This document shows positions 1 to 15,200 of a stretch of DNA of 64,000 bases, piece by piece; the stretch's first letter is position 1, and the number at the start of each line of letters is the position of its first letter. Source of the stretch: Eledone cirrhosa (Eukaryota). Below the pieces are notes generated by a model, which saw only the letters and a list, made by a program, of their open reading frames with translations, did no database searches and was not told the DNA's origin. The stretch covers positions 383,780,001-383,844,000 of the forward strand of contig OZ024741.1 in assembly GCA_964016885.1 (NCBI GenBank), written 5' to 3'. Position numbers and translations under genes: made by a program.

Positions 1-17
1 AAATATGTGTGTATATA

Positions 18-55
<38 letters not shown>

Positions 56-213
56 TATATATCATATATTTATATATATATATATATATATGATTATCAA
101 TATATGGAAAAGAATGAAACGAAATTTCTTATACATACTTATATATATGAATACATATATATACATATGCATATATATACATATGCATATATATATACAC
201 ATATATATATACT

Positions 214-250
<37 letters not shown>
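1..250. repeat. Degenerate (TA)n/(TACA) microsatellite
   Basis: Seen directly. Interrupted at ~95-140 by a short unique segment (ggaaaagaatgaaacgaaatttc). Confidence 0.9.
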
Positions 251-254
<4 letters not shown>

Positions 255-3200
255 TAAGTGTAATGAATTCTTTTACAATGAAATTAGCTCAAAGAAAGAA
301 ATATTTCTGAGCCGTATAAAACATTTAAATATAAATTAATATATATGATGAAACACAAATACCAACATATCTGTAATTATATTGTAAAAGAAAATTTAGT
401 TAGCTAGAATGAAGTATACTAATTATAATATTACAGTCTGCCCATATCGATTTAAAATAATAAATCAACAAAGACAAACAGTATTGCCAAATGGCCTTGA
501 TGTTTAGACACATTTAAATTTCAAAATAAAACCTGTTCCGTAGATAAGTTTAAACTTTAAAATCCAAATATGTTTCGAGATAAAAGAAAGTGTAAGGATA
601 TCATGTCCTGCTCTCTTCAGTAAACATCCAGGAACACATTGATATGCTTCACTTCCAAATATTTTAAAAGACTGTGTAACGCACATGGTTTACAGTTTCT
701 AGCTAGCCTCATAACCGTACTGCTAGAAATAACAGCCGTATATATGAGGCTACTTTCAGCTCAACCTAAGGAGCAATAATATTAAGTGGAATGAATTCGT
801 TTACAATGAAATTAGCTCAAAGAAAGAAATATTTCTGAGCCGTGAAAAACATTTAAATATAAATTAATATATATTATGAAACACAAATACCAACATATCT
901 GTATTTATATTGTAAAAGATAATTTAGTTAGCTAGAATGAAGTATACTAATTATAATATTACAGTTTGCCCATATCGATTTAAAATAATAAATCGACAAA
1001 GACAAACAGTATTGCCAAATGGCCTTGATGTTTAGACACATTTAAATTTCAAAATCAAACCTGTTACGTAGATAAGTTTAAACTTTAAAATCCAAATATG
1101 TTTCGAGATAAAAAAAAGTGTAAGGATATCATGTGCTGCCCTCTTCAGTAAACATCCAGGAACAAATTGATATGCTTCACTTCCAAAAATGTTAAAAGAC
1201 TGTGTAACGCACATGGTTTACAGTTTCTAGCTAGCCTCATAAACGTACTGCTAGAAATAACAGCCGTATATATGAGGCTACTTTCAGCTCAAACTAAGGA
1301 GCAATAATATTAAGTGGAATGAATTCGTTTACAATGAAATTAGCTCAAAGAAAGAAATATTTCTGAGCCGTGAAAAACATTTAAATATAAATTAATATAT
1401 ATATGATGAAACACAAATACCAACATATCTCTATTTATATTGTAAATGAAAATTTAGTTAGCTATAAGGAAGTATACTAATTATAATATTACAGTCTGCC
1501 CATATCGATTTAAAATAATAACTCAACAAAGACAAAGAGTATTGCCAAATGGACTTGATATTTAGACACATTTAAATTTCAAAATCAAACCTGTTCCGTA
1601 GATAAGTTTAAACTTTAAAATCCAAATATGTTTCGAGATAAAAAAAAGTGTAAGGATATCATGTTCTGCTCTCTTCAGTAAACATCCAGGAACAAATTGA
1701 TATGCTTCACTTCCAAATATTTTAAAATACTGTGTAACGCACATGGTTTACAGTTTCTAGCTAGCCTCATAACCGTACTGCTAGAAATAACAGCCGTATA
1801 TATGAGGCTACTTTCAGCTCAACCTAAGGAGAAATAATATTAAGTGTAATGAATTCTTTTACAATGAAATTAGCTCAAAGAAAGAAATATTTCTGAGCCG
1901 TGTAAAACATTTAAATATAAATTAATATATATTATGAAACACAAATACCAACATATCTGTATTTATATTGTAAAACAAAATTTAGTTAGCTAGAATGAAG
2001 TATACTAATTATAATATTAGTCTGCACATATCGATTTAAAATAGTAAATCAACAAAGACAAACAGTATTGCCAAATGGGCTTGATGTTTAGACACATTTA
2101 AATTTCAAAATCAAACCTGTTCCGTAGATAAGTTTAAACTTTAAAATCCAAATATGTTTCGAGATAAAAACAAAGTGTAAGGATATCATGTGCTGCTCTC
2201 TTCAGTAAACATCCAGGAACAAATTGATATGCTTCACTTCCAAATATTTTAGAAGACTGTGTAACGCACATGGTTTACAGTTTCTAGCTAGCCTCATAAC
2301 CGTACTGCTAGAAATAACAGCCGTATATATGAGGCTAGTTTCAGCTCAACCTAAGGAGCAATAATATTAAGTGGAATGAATTCGTTTACAATGAAATTAG
2401 CTCAAAGAAAGAAATATTTCTGAGTCGTATAAAACATTTAAATATAAATTAATATATATATGATGAAACACCAACATATCTGTATTTATATTGTAAAAGA
2501 AAAGTTAGTTAACTAGAATGAAGTGTACTAATTATAATATTACAGTCTGCCCATATCGATTTAAAATAATAAATCAACAAAGACAAACAGTATTGCAAAA
2601 TGGCCTTGATGTTTAGACACATTTAAATTTCAAAATCAAACCTGTTCCGTAGATAAGTTTAAACTTTAAAATCCAAATATGTTTCGAGATAAAAACAAAG
2701 TGTAAGGATATCATGTGCTGCTCTCTTCAGTAAACATCCAGGAACAAATTGATATGCTTCACTTCCAAATATTTTAGAAGACTGTGTAACGCACATGGTT
2801 TACAGTTTCTAGCTAGCCTCATAACCGTACTGCTAGAAATAACAGCCGTATATATGAGGCTAGTTTCAGCTCAACCTAAGGAGCAATAATATTAAGTGGA
2901 ATGAATTCGTTTACAATGAAATTAGCTCAAAGAAAGAAATATTTCTGAGCCGTGAAAAACATTTAAATATAAATTAATATATATTATGAAACACAAATAC
3001 CAACATATCTGTATTTATATTGTAAAAGATAATTTAGTTAGCTAGAATGAAGTATACTAATTATAATATTACAGTTTGCCCATATCGATGTAAAATAATA
3101 AATCAACAAAGACAAACAGTATTGCCAAATGGCCTTGATGTTTAGACACATTTAAATTTCAAAATCAAACCTGTTACGTAGATAAGTTTAAACTTTAAAA

Positions 3201-6200
3201 TCCAAATATGTTTCGAGATAAAAAAAGTGTAAGGATATCATGTTCTGCTCTCTTCAGTAAACATCCAGGAACAATTTGATATGCTTCACTTTCAAATATT
3301 TTAAAAGACTGTGTAAGGCACATGGTTTACAGTTTCTAGCTAGCCTCATAACCGTACTGCTAGAAATAACAGCCGTATATATGAGGCTACTTTCAGCTCA
3401 ACCTAAGGAGAAATAATATTAAGTGTAATGAATTCTTTTACAATGAAATTAGCTCAAAGAAAGAAATATTTCTGAGCCGTGTAAAACATTTAAATATAAA
3501 TTAAGATATATTATGAAACACAAATACCAACATATCTGTATTTATATTGTAAAAGAAAATTTAGTTAGCTAGAATGAAGTGTACTAATTATAATATTACA
3601 GTCTGCCCATATCGATTTAAAATAATAAATCAACAAAGACAAACAGTATTGCAAAATGGCCTTGATGTTTAGACACATTTAAATTTCAAAATCAAACATG
3701 TTCCGTAGATAAGTTTAAACTTTAAAATACAAATATGTTTCGAGATAAAAAAAAGTGTAAGGATATCATGTGCTGCTCTCTTCAGTAAACATCCAGGAAC
3801 AAATTGATATGCTTCACTTCGAAATAATTTAAAAGACGGTGTAACGCACATGGTTTACAGTTTCTAGCTAGCCTCATAACCGTACTGCTAGAAATAACAG
3901 CCGTATATATGAGGCTACTTTCAACTCAACCTAAGGAGCAATAATATTAAGTGTAATGAATTATTTACAATGAAATTAGCTCAAAGAAAGAAATATTTCT
4001 GAGTCGTATAAAACATTTAAATATAAATTAATATATATATGATGAAACACCAACATATCTGTATTTATATTGTAAAAGAAAAGTTAGTTAACTAGAATGA
4101 AGTATAATAATTATAATATTACAGTCTGCCCATATCGATTTAAAATAATAAATCAACAAAGACAAACAGTATTGCAAAATGGCCTTGATGTTTAGACACA
4201 TTTAAATTTCAAAATCAAACCTGTTCCGTATATAAGTTTAAACTTTAAAATCCAAATATGTTTCGAGATAAAAACAAAGTGTAAGGATATCATGTGCTGC
4301 TCTCTTCAGTAAACATCCAGGAACAAATTGATATGCTTCACTTCCAAATATTTTAGAAGACTGTGTAACGCACATGGTTTACAGTTTCTAGCTAGACTCA
4401 TAACCGTACTGCTAGAAATAACAGCCGTATATATGAGGCTAGTTTCAGCTCAACCTAAGGAGCAATAATATTAAGTGGAATGAATTCGTTTACAATGAAA
4501 TTAGCTCAAAGAAAGAAATATTTCTGAGCCGTGAAAAACATTTAAATATAAATTAATATATATTATGAAACACAAATACCAACATATCTGTATTTATATT
4601 GTAAAAGATAATTTAGTTAGCTAGAATGAAGTATACTAATTATAATATTACAGTTTGCCCATATCGATTTAAAATAATAAATCAACAAAGACAAACAGTA
4701 TTGCCAAATGACCTTGATGTTTAGACACATTTAAATTTTAAAATCAAACCTGTTACGTAGATAAGTTTAAACTTTAAAATCCAAATATGTTTCGAGATTA
4801 AAAAAAGTGTAAGGATATCATGTTCTGCTCTCTTCAGTAAACATCCAGGAACAATTTGATATGCTTCACTTCCAAATATTTTAAAAGACAATGTAAGGCA
4901 CATGGTTTACAGTTTCTAGCTAGCATCATAACCGTACTGCTAGAAATAACAGCCGTATATATGAGGCTACTTTCAGCTCAACCTAAGGAGAAATAATATT
5001 AAGTGTAATGAATTCTTTTACAATGAAATTAGCTCAAAGAAAGAAATATTTCTGAGCCGTGTAAAACATTTAAATATAAATTAATATATATTATGAAACA
5101 CAAATACCAACATATCTGAATTTATATTGTAAAACAAAATTTAGTTAGCTAGAATGAAGTATACTAATTATAATATTACTCTGCCCATATCGATTTAAAA
5201 TAGTAAATCAACAAAGACAAACAGTATTGCCAAATGGGCTTGATGTTTAGACACATTTAAATTTCAGAATCAAACCTGTTCAGTAGATAAGTTTAAACTT
5301 TAAAATCCAAATGTTTCGAGATAAAAAAAAAGTGTGAGGTTATCATCTCCTGCTCTCTTCAGTAAACATCCAGGAACAAATTGATATGCTTCACTTCCAA
5401 ATACTTTAGAAGACTGTGTAACGCACATGGTTTACAGTTTCTAGCTAGCCTCATAACCGTACTGCTAGAAATAACAGCCGTATATATGAGGCTACTTTCA
5501 GCTCAACCTAAGGAGCAATAATATTAAGTGTAATGAATTCTTTACAATGAAATTAGCTCAAAGAAAGAAATATTTCTGAGTCGTGTAAAACATTTAAATA
5601 TAAATTAATACTTATATGATGAAACACCAACATATCTGTATTTATATTGTAAAAGAAAATTTAGTTAGCTAGAATGAAGTATACTAATTATAATATTACA
5701 GTCTGCCCATATCGATTTAAAATAATAAATCAACAAAGACAAACAGTATTGCAAAATGGCCTTGATGTTTAGACACATTTAAATTTCAAAATCAAACCTG
5801 TTCCGTAGATAAGTTTAAACTTTAAAATCCAAATATGTTTCGAGATAAAAAAAAGTGTAAGGATATCATGTGCTGCTCTCTTCAGTAAACATCCAGGAAC
5901 GAATTGATATGCTTCCCTTTCAAATATTAAAAAAAAACTGTGTAACGCACATGGTTTACAGTTTCTAGCTAGCCTCATAACCGTACTGCTAGAAATAACA
6001 GCCGTATATATGAGGCTACTTTCAGCTCAACCTAAGGAGCAATAATATTAAGTGTAATGAATTATTTTACAATGAAATTAGCTCAAAGAAAGAAAAATTT
6101 CTGAGCCGTGAAAAACATTTAATTATAAATTAATATATATTATGAAACACAAATACCAACATATCTGTATTTATATTGTAAAAGAAAATTTAGTTAGCTA

Positions 6201-9200
6201 GAATGAAGTATACTAATTATAATATTACAGTCTGCCCATATCGATTTAAAATAATAAATCAACAAAGACAAACAGTATTGACAAATGGCCTTGATGTTTA
6301 GACACATTTAAATTTCAAAATAAAACCTGTTCCGTATATAAGTTTAAACTTTAAAATTCGAATATGTTTTGAGTAGAAAAGTGTAAGGATATCATGTCCT
6401 GCACTCATCAGTAAACATCCAGGAAAAAATTGATATGCTTCACTTCCAAATATTTTAAAAGACTGTATAACGCACATGGTTTACAGTTTCTAGCTAGCCT
6501 CATAAACGTACTGCTAGAAATAACAGCCGTATATATGAGGCTACTTACAGCTCAACCTAAGGAGCAATAATATTAAGTGTAATGAATTCTTTTACAATGA
6601 AATTAGCTCAAAGAAAGAAATATTTCTGAGCCGTGTAAAACATTTAAATATAAATTAATATGTATATTATGAAACACAAATACCAACATATCTGTATCTA
6701 TATTGTAAAAGAAAATTTAGTTAGCTAGAATGAAGTATACTAATTATAATATTACAGTCTGCCCATATCGATTTAAAATAATAAATCAACAAAGACAAAC
6801 AGTATTGCCAAATGGCCTTGATGTTTAGACACATTTAAATTTCAAAATAAAACCTGTTCCGTATATAAGTTTAAACTTTGAAATCCAAATATGTTTCGAG
6901 ATAAAAAAAAGTGTAAGGATATCATGTCCTGCTCTCTTCAGTAAACATCCAGGAACAAATTGATATGCTTCACTTCCAAATATTTTAGAAGACTGAGTAA
7001 CGCACATGGTTTACAGTTTCTAGCTAGCCTCATAACCGTACTGCTAGAAATAACAGCCGTATATATGAGGCTACTTTCAGCTCAACCTAAGGAGCAATAA
7101 TATTAAGTGTAATGAATTCGTTTACAATGAAATTAGCTCAAATAAAGAAATATTCCTGAGCCGTGTAAAACAATTAAATATAAATTAATATATATGATGA
7201 AACAAATACCAACATATCTGTATTTATATTGTAAAAGAAAATTTAGTTAGCTAGAATGAAGTATACTAATTATAATATTAGTCTGCCCATATCGATTTAA
7301 AATTGTAAATCAACAAAGACAAACAGTATTGCCAAATGGGCTTGATGTTTATACACATTTAAATTTCAAAATCAAACATGTTCCGTAGATAAGTTTAAAC
7401 TTTAAAATCCAAATGTTTCGAGATATATAATTTGTAAGGTTATCATGTCCTGCTCTCTTCAGTAAACATCCAGGAACAAATTGATATGCTTCACTTCCAA
7501 ATATTTCAGAAGACTGTGTAACGCACATGGTTTACAGCTTCTAGCTAGCCTCATAACCGTACTGCTAGAAGTAACAGCCGTATATATTAGGCTACTCTCA
7601 GCTCAACCTAAGGGGCAATAATATTAAGTTTAATGAATTCTTTTACAATGAAATTAGCTCAAAGAAAGGAATATTTCTGGGCCGTGTAAAACATTTAAAT
7701 ATAAATTAATATATATATTATGAAACACAAATACCAACATATCTGTATTTATATTGTAAAAGAAAATTTAGTTAGCTAGAATGAAGTATACTAATTATAA
7801 TATTACAGTCTGCCCATATCGATTTAAAATAATAAATCAACAAAGACAAACAGTATTGCAAAATGGCCTTGATGTTTAGACATTTAAATTTCAATATCAA
7901 ACCTGTTCAGTAGATAAGTTTAAACTTTAAAATCCAAATATGTTTCGAGGTAAAAAAGTGTAAGGATATCATGTCCTGCTCTCTTCAGTAAACATCCAGG
8001 AACAAATTGAAATGCTTCACTTCGAAATATTTTAAAAGACGGTGTAACGCACATGGTTTACAGTTTCTAGCTAGCCTCATAACCGTACTGCTAGAAATAA
8101 CAGCCGTATATATGAGGCTACTTTCAGCTCAACCTAAGGAGCAATAATATTAAGTGTAATGAATTCTTTTACAATGAAATTAGCTCAAATAAAGAAATAT
8201 TTCTAAGCCGTGTAAAACATTTAAATATAAATTAATATATATCATGAAACACAAATACCAACATATCTGTATTTATATTGTAAAAGAAAATTTAGTTAGC
8301 TAGAATGAAGTATACTAATTATAATATTACAGTCTGCCCATATCGATTTAAAATAATAAATCAACAAATACAAACAGTATTGCCAAATGGCCTTGATGTT
8401 TAGACACATTTAAATTTCAAAATCAAACCTGTTACGTAGATAAGTTTAAACTTTAAAATCCAAATATGTTTCGAGATAAAAAAAAGTGTAAGGATATCAT
8501 GTCCTGCTCTCTTCAGTAAACATCCAGGAACAAATTGATATGCTTCACTTCCAAATATTTTAGAAGACTGAGTAACGCACATAGTTTACAGTTTCTAGCT
8601 AGCCTCATAACCGAACTGCTAGAAATAACAGCCGTATATATGAGGCTACTTTCAGCTCAACCTAAGGAGCAATAATATTAAGTGTAATGAATTCTTTTAC
8701 AATGAAATTAGCTCAAATAAAGAAATATTCCTGAGCCGTGTAAAACATTTAAATATAAATTAATATATATGATGAAACAAATACCAACATATCTGTATTT
8801 ATATTGTAAAAGAAAATTTAGTTAGCTAGAATGAAGTATACTAATTATAATATTAGTCTGCCCATATCGATTTAAAATTGTAAATCAACAAAGACAAACA
8901 GTATTGCCAAATGGGCTTGATGTTTAGACACATTTAAATTTCAAAATCAAACATGTTCCGTAGATAAGTTTAAACTTTAAAATCCAAATATATTTAGAGA
9001 TAAAAATGTGTAAGTTATCACGTCCTGTCCCTCTTCAGTAAACATCCAGGAACAAATTGCTATGCTTCACTTCCAAATATTTTAAAAGACTGTGTAACGC
9101 ACATGGTTTACAGTTTCTAGCTATCCTCATAACCGTACTGCTAGAAATAACAGCCGTATATATGAGGCTACTTTCAGCTCAACCTAAGGAGCAATAATAT

Positions 9201-12200
9201 TAAGTGTAATGAATTCTTTTACAATGGAATTAGCTCAAAGAAAGAAAAATTTCTGAGCCGTGTAAAACATTTAAATATAAATTAATATATATATTATGAA
9301 ACACAAATACCAACATATCTGTATCTATATTGTAAAAGAAAATTTAGTTAGCTAGAATGAAGTATACTAATTATAATATTACAGTCTGCCCATATCAATT
9401 TAAAATAATAAATCAACAAAGACAAACAGTATTGCCAAATGGCCTTGATGTTTAGACACATTTAAATTTCAACATCAAACCTGTTCCGTAGATAAGTTTA
9501 AATTTTAAAGTCCAAATATGTTTCGAGATAAAAAAGTGTAAGGATATCATGTCCTGCACTCTTCAGTAAACATCCAGGAACAAATTGATATGCTTCACTT
9601 CCAAATATTTTAAAAGAATGTGTAACGCACATGGTTTACCGTTTCTAGCTAACCTCATAACCGTACTGCTAGAAATAACAGCCGTATATATGAGGCTTCT
9701 TACAGCTCAACCTAAGGAGCAATAATATTAAGTGTAATGAATTCTTTTACAATGAAATTAGCTCAAAGAAAGAAATATTTCTGAGCCGTGTAAAACATTT
9801 AAATATAAATTAATATATATATGATGAAACACAAATACCAACATATCTGTATTTATATTGTAAAAGAAAATTTAGTTAGCTAGAATGAAGTATACTAATT
9901 ATAATATTAGTCTGCCCATATCGATTTATAATCATAAATCAACAAAGACAAACAGTATTGCCAAATGGCCTTGATGTTTCGACACATTTAAATTTCAAAA
10001 TCAAACATGTTCCGTAGATAAGTTTAAACTTTAGAATCAAAATATATTTCGAGATAAAAAAGTGTAAGTTATCATGTCCTGCTCTCTTCAGTAAACATCC
10101 AGGAACAAATTGCTATGCTTCACTTCCAAATATTTTAAAAGACTGTAACGCACATGGTTTACAGTTTCTAGCTAGCCTCATAACCGTTCTGCTAGAAATA
10201 ACAGCCGTATATATGAGGCTACTTTCAGCTCAACCTAAGGAGCAATAATATTAAGTGTAATGAATTCTTTTACGTTGAAATTAGATCAAAGAAAGAAATA
10301 TTTCTGAGCCGTGTAAAACATTTAAATATAAATTAATATATATATGATGAAACACAAATACCAACATATCTGTATTTATATTGTAAAAGAAAATTTAGTT
10401 AGCTAGAATGAAGTATACTAATTATAATATTACAGTCTGCCCATATCGATTTATAATAATAAATCAACAAAGACAAACAGTATTGCCAAATGGCCTTGAT
10501 GTTTAGACACATTTAAATTTCAAAATCAAACCTGTTACGTAGATCAGTTTAAACTTTAAAATCCTAATATGTTTCGAGATAAAAAAGTGTAAGTATATCA
10601 TGTCCTGCTCTCTTCAGTAAACATCCAGGAACAAATTGAAATGCTTCACTTCCAAATATTTTTAAAGACTGTGTAACGCACATGGTTTACAGTTTCTAGC
10701 TCGCTTCATAACCGTACTGCTAGAAATAACAGCCGTATATATGAGGCTACTTTCAGCTCAACCTAAGGAGCAATAATATTAAGTGTAATGAATTCTTTTA
10801 CAATGAAATTAGCTCAAAGAAAGAAATATTTCTGAGCAGTGAAAAACATTTAAATATAAATTAATATATATTATGAAACACAAATACCAACATATCTGTA
10901 TTTATATTGTAAAAGAAAATTTAGTTAGCTAGAATGAAGTATCCTAATTATAATATTACAGTCTGCCCATATCGATTTAAAATAATAAATCAACAAAGAC
11001 AAACAGTATTGCCAAATGGCCTTGAGGTTTAGCCACATTTAAATTTCAAAATCATACCTATTCCGTAGATAAGTTTAAACTTTAAAATCCAAATATGTTT
11101 CGAGATAAAAAAGTGTAAGGATATCATGTCCTGATCTCTTTAGTAAACATCCAGGAACAAATTGATATGCTTCACTTCCAAATATTTTAAAAGACTGTGT
11201 AACGCACAAGGTTTACAGTTTCTAGCTAGCCTCATAACCGTACTGCTAGAAATAACAGCCGTATATATGAGGCTACTTTCAGCTCAACCTAAGGAGCAAT
11301 AATATTAAGTGTAATGAATTCTTTTACAATGAAATTAGATCAAAGAAAGAAATATTTCTGAGCCGTGTAAAACATTTAAATATAAATTAATATATATATG
11401 ATGAAACACAAATACCAACATATCTGTATATATATTGTAAAAGAAAATTTAGTTAGCTAGAAGGAAGTATACTAATTATAATATTACAGTCTGCCCTTAT
11501 CGATTTATAATAATAAATCAACAAAGACAAACAGTATTGCCAAATGGCCTTGATGTTTAGACACATTCAAATTTCAAAATCAAACCTGTTACGTAGATAA
11601 GTTTAAACTTTAAAATCCAAATATGTTTCGAGATAAAAAAGTGTAAGGATATCATGTCCTGCTCTCTTCAGTAAACATCCAAGAACAAATTGATATGCTT
11701 CACTTCCAAATATTTTAAAAGACTGTGTAACGCACAAGGTTTACAGTTTCTAGCTAGCCTCATAACCGTACTGCTAGAAATAACAGCCGTATATATGAGG
11801 CTACTTTCAGCTCAACCTAAGGAGCAATAATATTAAGTGTAATGAATTCTTTTACAATGAAATTAGCTCAAAGAAAGAAATATTTCTGAGCCGTGTAAAA
11901 CATTTAAATATGAATTAATATATATGATGACACACAAATACCAACATATCTGTATTTATACTGTAACAGAAAATTTAGTAAGCTAGAATGAAGTATACTA
12001 ATTATAATATTAGTCTGCCCATATCGATTTAAAATAGTAAATCAACAAAGACAAACAGTATTGCCAAATGGGCTTGATGTTTAGACACATTTAAATTTCA
12101 AAATCAAACATGATCCGTTGATAAGTTTAAACTTTAAAATCCAAATGTTTCGAGATAAAAATGTGTAAGGTTATCATGTCCTGCTCTCTTCAGTAAACAT

Positions 12201-15200
12201 CCAGCAACAAATTGATATGCTTCACTTCCAAATATTTTAAAAGACTGTGTAACGCACATGGTTTACAGTTTCTAGCTAGCCTCATAACCGTACTGCTAGA
12301 AATAACAGCCGTATATATGAGGCTACTTTCAGCTCAACCTAAGGAGCAATAATATTAAGTGTAATGAATTCTTTTACAATGAAATTAGCTCAAAGAAAGA
12401 AATATTTCTGAGCCGTGTAAAACATATAAATATGAATTAATATATAGATGATGTAACACAAATACCAACATATCTGTATTTATATTGTACAAGAAAATTT
12501 AGTTAGCTAGAATGAAGTATACTAATTTTAATATTACAGTCTGCCCATATCAATTTAAAATAATAAATCAACAAAGACAAACAGTATTGCCAAATGGCCT
12601 TGATGTTTAGACACATTTAAATTTCAAAATCAAACCTGTTCCGTAGATAAGTTTAAAATGTAAAACCCAAATATGTTTCGTGATAAAAAAAGTGTAAGGA
12701 TATCATGTCCTGCACTCTTCAGTAAACATCCAGGAACAAATTGATATGCTTCACTTCCAAATATTTTAAAAGACTGTGTAACGCACATGGTTTACAGTTT
12801 CTAGCTAGCCTCATAACCGTACTGCTAGAAATAACAGCCGTATATATGAGGCTACTTTCAGCTCAACCTAAGGAGCAATAATATTAAGTGTAATGAATTC
12901 TTTTACGTTGAAATTAGATCAAAGAAAGAAATATTTCTGAGCCGTGTAAAACATTTAAATATAAATTAATATATATATTATGAAACACAAATACCAACAT
13001 ATCTGTATTTATATTGTAAAAGAAAATTTAGTTAGCTAGATTGAAGTATACTAATTATAATATTAGTCTGCCCATATCGATTTATAATCATAAATCAACA
13101 AAGACAAACAGTATTGCCAAATGGCCTTGATCTTTAGACACATTTAAATCTGAAAATCAAACATGTTCCGTAGATAAGTTTAAACTTTAAAATCCAAATA
13201 TATTTCGAGATAAAAATGTGTAAGTTATCACGTCCTGTCCCTCTTCAGTAAACATCCAGGAACAAATTGCTATGCTTCACTTCCAAATATTTTAAAAGAC
13301 TGTGTAACGCACATGGTTTACAGTTTCTAGCTATCCTCATAACCGTACTGCTAGAAATAACAGCCGTATATATGAGGCTACTTTCAGCTCAACCTAAGGA
13401 GCAATAATATTAAGTGTAATGAATTCTTTTACAATGGAATTAACTCAAATAAAGATATATTCCTGAGCCGTGAAAAACATTTAAATATAAATTAATATAT
13501 ATTATGAAACACAAATACCAACATATCTGTATTTATATTGTAAAAGAAAGTTTAGTTACCTAGAATGAAGTATACTAATTATAATATTACAGTCTGCCCA
13601 TATCGATTTAAAATAATAAATCAACAAAGACAAACAGTATTGACAAATGGCCTTGATGTTTAAACACATTTATATTTCAAAATAAAACCTGTTCCGTATA
13701 TAAGTTTAAACTTTAAAATCCAAATATGTTTTGAGATAGAAAAGTGTAAGGATATCATGTCCTGCACTCTTCAGTAAACATCCAGGAACAAATTGATATG
13801 CTTCACTTCCAAATATTTTAAAAGACTGTATAACGCACATGGCTTACAGTTTCTAGCTAGCCTCATAACCGTACTGCTAGAAATAACAGCCGTATATATG
13901 AGGCTACTTACAGCTCAACCTAAGGAGCAATAATATTAAGTGTAATGAATTCTTTTACAATGAAATTAGCTCAAAGAAAGAAATATTTCTGAGCAGTGAA
14001 AAACATTTAAATATAAATTATTATATATTATGAAACACAAATACCAACATATCTGTATTTATATTGTAAAAGAAAATTTAGTTAGCTAGGATGAAGTATA
14101 CTAATTATAATATTACAGTCTGCCCATATCGATTTAAAATAATAAATCAACAAAGACAAACAGTATTGCCAAATGGCCTTGATGTTTAGACACATTTAAA
14201 TTTCAAAATCAAACCTGTTACGTACATAAGTTTAAAATTTAAAATCCAAATATGTTTCGAGATAAAAAAGTGTAAGGATATCATGTCCTGCTCTCTTCAG
14301 TAAACATCCAGGAACAAATTGATATGCTTCACTTCCAAATATTTTAAAAGACTGTGTAACGCACATGGTTTACAGTTTCTAGCTAGCCTCATAACCGTAC
14401 TGCTAGAAATAACAGCCGTATATATGAGGCTACTTTCAGCTCAACCTACGAAGCAATAATATTAAGTGTAATGAATTCTTTTACAATGAAATTAGCTCAA
14501 AGAAAGAAATATTTCTGAGCCGTGTTAAACATTTAAATATAAATTAATATATATATGATGAAACACAAATACCAACATATCTGTATTTTTATTGTAAAAG
14601 AAAATTTAGTTAGCTAGAAGGAAGTATACTAATTATAATATTACAGTCTGCCCATATCGATTTAAAATAATAAATCAACAAAGACAAACAGTATTGCCAA
14701 ATGGCCTTGATGTTTAGACACATTTAAATTTCAAAATCAAACCTGTTCCGTAGATAAGTTTAAACTTTAAAATCCAAATATGTTTCGAGATAAAAAAAAG
14801 TGTAAGGATATCATGTTCTGCTCTCTTTAGTAAACATCCAGGAACAAATTGATATGCTTCACTTCCAAATATTTTAAAAGACTGTGTAACGCACATGGTT
14901 TACAGTTTCTAGCTAGCCTCATAACCGTACTGCTAGAAATAACAGCCGTATATATGAGGCTACTTTCAACTCAACCTAAAGGGCAATAATATTAAGTGTA
15001 ATGAATTCTTTTACAATGAAATTAGCTCAAAGAAAGAAATATTTCTGAGCCGTGTAAAACATTTAAATATAAATTAATATATATATGATGAAACACAAAT
15101 ACCAACATATCTGTATTTATATTGTAAAAGAAAATTTAGTTAGCTAGAATGAAGTATACTAATTATAATATTACAGTCTGCCCATATCGATTTAAAATAA

